Below are positions 30,021 through 34,338 of a stretch of DNA of 34,338 nt, piece after piece. The stretch's first letter is position 1; each line of letters begins with the position of its first letter. The stretch lies in NCBI GenBank assembly GCA_016181565.1, contig JACOZA010000081.1, positions 1 to 34,338 of the forward strand. Reading direction: 5' to 3'. This DNA comes from Candidatus Sungiibacteriota bacterium. Lineage in GTDB: Bacteria; Patescibacteriota; Minisyncoccia; Sungbacterales; JACQCQ01. The notes beneath the pieces are model-generated. The model was not told where the DNA came from, did not search any database, and worked only from the letters and a program-made list of their open reading frames with translations. The translations under genes and the position numbers were made by a program.

Positions 30021-30815
30021 TTAATCCAATCGAGCAGCGAGGCCACGCTCGATCTCCTCGATCGCAAGCTTGGCGGCGGCAACGGGATCAGCGGCTTGGG
30101 TGATGGGACGGCCAACCACGAAGTAGTCGGCGCCGTTCCGTGCGGCGTTCTCGATGGTGTCCACTCGCGCCTGATCTTGCTTTTCTGCGCCAGCCGGTCT
30201 AAGACCAGGGGTAACGATGATGAAATCCGGACCGAGAGCCTGGCGAATGGCGACGACTTCCTTCACAGAAGCGACAACGCCGTCGAGTCCAGCGGTCTTG
30301 GCGCGTCGCGCACGGGCCAGCACCAGCCTCTCGACTTCGGTTTGCTCGAACCGGTCAATGCCCTCCTTACCGAGATTGTGCCGATCGAATACTTCACGCG
30401 GTGTTCGCACCAGCCGTTCGTCCCGGAGTTCATCGTAGGTGTGGCTTGTCAGAACAGTCACGCCTAGCACCAGCGGGTAATCCGGAAGAAGACTAATGGT
30501 TCGCGCTCCGCGGACGGCCGCCTCCATCATGGTGGTTCCGGGCGAGCAGTGGACGTTGAACATGTGGACGCCCATCTTAGTCGCCTCACGCGCGGCGCCC
30601 TCGACCGTGTTAGGGATGTCGTGGAACTTGAGATCGAGGAAAACCTCCAGCTCGCGCTTCAACATCTTTTTGACGGCGGACGGACCTGCGGCTGTGAAAA
30701 GTTGACTGCCGATCTTGATGTGCGTCACGATTCCCTTGAGCTGGTCAGCGAGAGCTTCAGCTTCGGCGAGTGAACTAACATCAAAAGCCACAATAAGTCG
30801 GTCTTTCGGTTCCAT
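30021..30815 (-). CDS. pyrF: Orotidine 5'-phosphate decarboxylase
   Basis: LIVAFDV, KIGSQLF, VFLDLKFHDIPNTV, NVH, VTVLTS, GLDGVVAS, IIVTPGLR, DQARV and GADYFVVGRPIT. A strong AAGGAGG lies 4 nt upstream of the ATG. Confidence 0.88.
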   Translation of the reverse strand: MEPKDRLIVAFDVSSLAEAEALADQLKGIVTHIKIGSQLFTAAGPSAVKKMLKRELEVFLDLKFHDIPNTVEGAAREATKMGVHMFNVHCSPGTTMMEAAVRGARTISLLPDYPLVLGVTVLTSHTYDELRDERLVRTPREVFDRHNLGKEGIDRFEQTEVERLVLARARRAKTAGLDGVVASVKEVVAIRQALGPDFIIVTPGLRPAGAEKQDQARVDTIENAARNGADYFVVGRPITQAADPVAAAKLAIEEIERGLAARLD

Positions 30816-30880
30816 AGTCCCTCCTTGTTGTCAGTGAACTGCTGGATTAGTTGTAGTGAAAAGCCAGCTTTAAGTCAATG

Positions 30881-32893
30881 TTAAAGAAGTTCGGCGGTGC
30901 CGCCTTTTAACGTCTCGAGCGCATCCGACAAAAGCTGGCAGTATAAATTGAGCCCGCCTTTCTGTACAGCGCCGGATTGGTCTTTGCCCAAGATGGCGCC
31001 GGCGCCGCGCATTTCAAGATCGCGGAGCGCAATCTCATAACCCGAGCCGAGCGCTTCGAAGGCCTCAAGAGTTTCTAACCGTTCACGGGCTTCGGGAGTC
31101 AAGTGCTGTGCCGGATATAAAAAGTAGGCGAAGGCCTGTCGGTCGCCGCGCCCGATGCGGCCGCGAATCTGATAGGCCTGGGCCAGCCCCAGGCGCGTGG
31201 CGTTTTCGACAATCAATGTATTGACGTTTGAAAAGTCGAGCCCATTTTCAATGATGGTCGTGGCGACCAGTACATCGGTTTTCTTTTCACGGAAACGGTT
31301 GAGCTCATGCAGGAGTGTTTTTTCATCCATGCGGCCATGAATCATGCCGATGGCGGCATCCGGCAGTGACTCTTGGATTTTTCGCGCAGCGAGCGAGATC
31401 GTTTCGACGCGGTTGTGGAGAACATAGACTTGGCCGTCTCGAGCCAGTTCCTCTTTGATGGCTTTTATTTGAATGTCCTCGCTGAACGGAAGGACAAAAT
31501 TTTTGACGGCGATGCGCTCCGGCAAGGGATCGTTGACTTCTGACATGCCGCGGAGTCCCGCCAGGGTGAGGGAGAGTGTTCGGGGGATGGGGGTGGCGGA
31601 GAGCGACAGAATGTCGAGCTCGCTCCGCAGTTTTTTAAAGTGTTCTTTCTGCCGGACGCCGAAGCGCTGTTCTTCGTCCACGATCAAAAACCCGAGCTTC
31701 GGCGCTGCGACATCCTTGGAGAGCAGCCGATGCGTTCCGATGATAATGTCAATCCGGCCGCGGGCGAGCGATTCAATGATTTCTTTTTCACTTTTTGAGT
31801 CGGTGAGGCGAGAAAGTGCGGCGACGCGGACGGGGAAGTCGGAGAAACGTTCGGTAAAAGTTCGAGAGTGCTGTTCGACCAAGATAGTGGTTGGCGCAAG
31901 CACCGCCGCTTGTTTGCCGGAAAGCACGGCACGGAGGGCCGCGCGCATCGCGACTTCGGTTTTGCCAAATCCCACGTCTCCCGCCAGCACCCGATCCATA
32001 GGCGTCGGTTTTTCAAAGTCAGCGATAATTTCAGCGGTGGCTCTGGTTTGGGCCGGGGTCTCAATAAAAGGGAAAGCATCGGCGAATCCCGTCTCCATGG
32101 CGCGATCTCCATGCATCGGGGGGCGTTCCTTGCCTTCGCGTTTGGCGTAAATTGAGAGGAGTTCTCGGGCAAATTGGTCGGCCGATGCTTTGATTTTTCT
32201 TTTGGTATTGGGCCAGAGCTGACCTCCCAAGCGGTGGATGGTCGGGTGCTCAAAACCAATATAGAGCGACAGACGTTTCTCCTGTCCAAGGGGGACGAGT
32301 AAGCGGTCGGGCGGAGCACCGCGTCGCGGGGCAGCGTATTCAATGACATGAAATTCATGTCCCTCAACGAATAGCGGATCTTTTTCGAATGTACGAATTC
32401 GTTTATTTGTAATGGATTCGTTATTCGCTGATACTGTTCCGCGATAGATCCCGATGCCGTGATCCAGATGCACAACATACTCGCCCTCGCGGAAAGTTAT
32501 CTCGCGGCTTTTCTTTTTTGGTTTGGGCGGCGGAGCAGCGAACTCTTCATCGGTGATAGCTTCGATGGTGTTGCCATGAAACTCGATTCTTGCAATCTGC
32601 GCTCGGTTGATGGCCGAGACGCGGATGGTGTCTCCGAGCGTTGCAAACTCGCCCGGGGAGATAATCGTCTGGGATTTCTGATAGCCCAGGTCGCCTAATC
32701 TCCGCAGAAGCCCGGAGAGTTTTAGGGCAGTCCCTACTTCAAGCACGAGGATATTTCGCTGCCACCAGGGCTGGGTTTTTGCGGCGCGCAAGACCCTTTC
32801 TTCGTTTTCCGCGAACCACAAAGCCCCCCGCTCCAAAAATGTGGGGATGACGGCAGCGATTATGACGCGTTTTTCCGAATTACTTTCCTTCAC
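30881..32893 (-). CDS. mfd: Transcription-repair coupling factor, truncated form (670 aa; GTG start)
   Basis: CarD/TRCF RNAP-interaction block (REGEYVVHLDHGIGIYRG). Helicase motifs: FPFIETPAQTRA, LAGDVGFGKTEVAMRAA, IVDEEQRFGV and RGRIGRGDRQAFAYF. Most of the UvrB-homology N-terminus and the C-terminal D7 domain are missing. Confidence 0.88.
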   Translation of the reverse strand: MKESNSEKRVIIAAVIPTFLERGALWFAENEERVLRAAKTQPWWQRNILVLEVGTALKLSGLLRRLGDLGYQKSQTIISPGEFATLGDTIRVSAINRAQIARIEFHGNTIEAITDEEFAAPPPKPKKKSREITFREGEYVVHLDHGIGIYRGTVSANNESITNKRIRTFEKDPLFVEGHEFHVIEYAAPRRGAPPDRLLVPLGQEKRLSLYIGFEHPTIHRLGGQLWPNTKRKIKASADQFARELLSIYAKREGKERPPMHGDRAMETGFADAFPFIETPAQTRATAEIIADFEKPTPMDRVLAGDVGFGKTEVAMRAALRAVLSGKQAAVLAPTTILVEQHSRTFTERFSDFPVRVAALSRLTDSKSEKEIIESLARGRIDIIIGTHRLLSKDVAAPKLGFLIVDEEQRFGVRQKEHFKKLRSELDILSLSATPIPRTLSLTLAGLRGMSEVNDPLPERIAVKNFVLPFSEDIQIKAIKEELARDGQVYVLHNRVETISLAARKIQESLPDAAIGMIHGRMDEKTLLHELNRFREKKTDVLVATTIIENGLDFSNVNTLIVENATRLGLAQAYQIRGRIGRGDRQAFAYFLYPAQHLTPEARERLETLEAFEALGSGYEIALRDLEMRGAGAILGKDQSGAVQKGGLNLYCQLLSDALETLKGGTAELL

Positions 32894-33020
32894 TCATCAA
32901 TATTGACCGCGCTTTTCGGCTGCTGGTACTCTAACACTCATATTTGCGCTAAGACAAATAATCTCGTTCCTATATATAGCTGAAAAGCTGTAAGCTTGAG
33001 TTCGAGCTTCCCGCTTTGTT

Positions 33021-33659
33021 TCATTTATTATAATGATTCATTACCTTTTCCGGTGGATCGTTGGTGAGTTCTCCTAAGGCGCCTACGGTTTTCAGTCTGG
33101 CTTTTTTCATCAGCGACTCCTCCGCGGGGGAGAATCTCTTTAAGACCAGGTCTTCTGCCGGTATACGTTTCCTTTTTTTCTTGTTTTTTACAGTGCTCCA
33201 GTCACCCCATTTGCGCTGACCTCTTAACGACAGATTCTTGGGTTGGGGCGGGCCGATGCCGATGCGAAAGCGCCAGAATTTCTTGGTGCCGAGGGCGCGC
33301 ATGACGGATTCAACGCCTTTGTGGCCGGCTGAATCGCGGTTGAAAGAGAGCTTGGTTCTTCCCAGCTCAATGTCCGCATCGTCGTGAACCACAAAAATGC
33401 GGTCCGGCTTGGGCTTGAAAGCCAACTGGGCTTTTTGGGCGGCTTGGCCGGATTTATTCATGAATGTTTCGGGGAGTATCACGATATATCTTTCTTTGCC
33501 GAGCTTGCCTTCGGATAAAAGCGCTTTCAATTTTTCATTTGGGGTTGGCGCGCCGAATCCATGCTTTTTTATAAACGCCAGAACAGTGTCGCGGCCGATG
33601 TTGTGACGCGTGCCTTCGTAATCTTTGCCGGGATTGCCGAGGCCGATTAAGAGAATCAT
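33021..33659 (-). CDS. pth: Peptidyl-tRNA hydrolase with a basic C-terminal insertion/extension
   Basis: MILLIGLGNPGKDYEGTRHNIGRD, VVHDDADIELGRTKL and GHKGV motifs. An extra KNKKKRKR-containing segment is present. Confidence 0.9.
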   Translation of the reverse strand: MILLIGLGNPGKDYEGTRHNIGRDTVLAFIKKHGFGAPTPNEKLKALLSEGKLGKERYIVILPETFMNKSGQAAQKAQLAFKPKPDRIFVVHDDADIELGRTKLSFNRDSAGHKGVESVMRALGTKKFWRFRIGIGPPQPKNLSLRGQRKWGDWSTVKNKKKRKRIPAEDLVLKRFSPAEESLMKKARLKTVGALGELTNDPPEKVMNHYNK

Positions 33660-33660
33660 A

Positions 33661-33790
33661 CCCCGCAGTAGAACTTCGGATTTATGTTATTGCAGTAGTA
33701 TTCCGGGCTCGTAGTTTTGTTTCTAGCAGTCATAGTATCACGATGCCTTTTATTCCCCCGCGAGACCCTTTCCGAAGTTTCACTACGGGG
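33661..33790. repeat. 20-nt imperfect inverted repeat bracketing ~90 nt in the pth/lepB divergent spacer
   Basis: CCCCGCAGTAGAACTTCGGA (33661-33680) versus TCCGAAGTTTCACTACGGGG (33771-33790): 17 of 20 positions are complementary, plus one G-U. The left arm starts 1 nt from the pth start codon. Confidence 0.7.
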
Positions 33791-33867
33791 CATACGACTG
33801 TAGTATATAGCCGCTGGCTGTTAGCAACTAGCATGTCGCGTTCTTTTTCCCAAACCCTGGTCAGGAC

Positions 33868-33896
33868 TTGAAAGAGGCAGATTTTCCTGTTATAAT
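33868..33896 (+). promoter_or_regulatory. Sigma70-type promoter for lepB
   Basis: TTGAAA (33868-33873), 17-nt spacer, TATAAT (33891-33896), 38 nt upstream of ATG 33935. Confidence 0.6.
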
Positions 33897-33934
33897 GAGT
33901 TATCTTTTATCTAAAATTGGCTCAGGCACGAGAG

Positions 33935-34338
33935 ATGAACGATAGAATGGAAACCCCAACCGAACCTTCCACCACCCTCAAGAGTCGCATACTGCATGAA
34001 GCGTGGGACGTTTTAAAGATTTTGCTGGTGGCTCTGGCGATTGTGGTTCCCGTCCGCTACTTCGTGGCGCAGCCCTTCATCGTCAAAGGCGCTTCCATGG
34101 AGCCGACGTTTGAGGAGCTTAACTACCTTGTCATCGATGAACTTTCTTACTATTTCCGCGCTCCAGCGCGCGGAGAAGTGGTGGTGTTTCGTTTCCCGCT
34201 GGATCCATCGCAATATTTCATTAAGCGCATCATCGGCCTGCCGGGGGAAACGGTGATTATCCACGACGGTAAAGTTTATGTCGAGAAGGGTGAGAATGAG
34301 GAGTCATCATTGCTTCCCGAGCCGTATCTTCCGGATAA
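33935..34338 (+). CDS. lepB: Signal peptidase I (S26), 3' end outside window
   Basis: The frame from ATG 33935 is not in the ORF track because it has no stop in the window. It reads MNDRMETPTEPSTTLKSRILHEAWDVLKILLVALAIVVPVRYFVAQPFIVKGASMEPTF...GEVVVFRFP...YFIKRIIGLPGETV. The TM anchor, catalytic GASMEPT box and RIIGLPGE box are all present. Confidence 0.88.
   Translation, partial: MNDRMETPTEPSTTLKSRILHEAWDVLKILLVALAIVVPVRYFVAQPFIVKGASMEPTFEELNYLVIDELSYYFRAPARGEVVVFRFPLDPSQYFIKRIIGLPGETVIIHDGKVYVEKGENEESSLLPEPYLPD

Noticed and set aside
29325-30467. Plus-strand ORFs of 172 aa, 109 aa and 196 aa antisense to the PRTase-like gene and pyrF
   Set aside because: Long antisense ORFs are expected in G+C-richer DNA. 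The minus-strand frames carry the conserved motifs.
31473-32478. 225-aa plus-strand ORF and 264-aa minus-strand alternative-frame ORF inside mfd
   Set aside because: The mfd frame carries all the helicase and TRCF motifs. The others are Ser/Arg-rich shadow frames.
33858-33890. SRP (4.5S) RNA-like motif GGTCAGGACTTGAAAGAGGCAG, resembling the GUCAGGUCCGGAAGGAAGCAGC domain IV consensus
   Set aside because: The flanks do not form the long hairpin required. The apical stem pairs poorly, and the TTGAAA is better explained as the -35 of the lepB promoter (TTGAAA-17-TATAAT).

Overview
This 34.3-kb window looks like core chromosome from a small-genome, uncultivated-type bacterium. CPR/Patescibacteria-like is my guess. 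It rests on gene content, compact Mfd and Rel, scarce Shine-Dalgarno sites and many insertions in housekeeping proteins, and it is inference only. The plus-strand block (2-21635) reads ileS (5' partial), recO, a membrane-anchored repeat protein, glyQS, an M16 peptidase, an AI-2E transporter, a small membrane protein, metG, tatD, a reverse transcriptase, leuS, tsaC, glyA, ddl, a C39-like peptidase, folD and a PAP2 phosphatase. Next come a secreted protein (-), tRNA-Leu(CAA) (-) and parB (+). A minus-strand block follows with rel, topA, dprA, a PRTase-like gene, pyrF, mfd and pth, and then lepB (+, 3' partial). Most of the window is ordinary translation, replication and cell-wall housekeeping. 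Seven things deserve a second look. (1) A one-gene, retron-type reverse transcriptase (12401-13504) carries NAxxH, YVDD and VTG motifs. It sits between tatD and leuS with its own promoter-like signals and terminator, but no recognisable effector and no obvious msr-msd. (2) Just downstream, a ~134-bp segment is bounded by 9-nt inverted repeats and a duplicated GGTATGC that contains the leuS start codon. That is either a MITE-like footprint, a translational switch, or an a1/a2-like ncRNA. (3) A complete histidine-phosphatase domain is nested inside the zinc-knuckle hairpin of IleRS. (4) Period-7 (heptanucleotide) tandem arrays occur in frame in leuS (five sites), tatD and glyA. In two intergenic spacers they form inverted arrangements. 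(5) An exact 47-bp tandem duplication covers the tsaC/glyA ATGA junction. (6) ddl overlaps a C39-like peptidase gene by 179 nt. (7) A G+C-richer-looking, SD-bearing pyrF plus divergent PRTase-like pair may be foreign. No CRISPR array, transposase, integrase or rRNA was seen.
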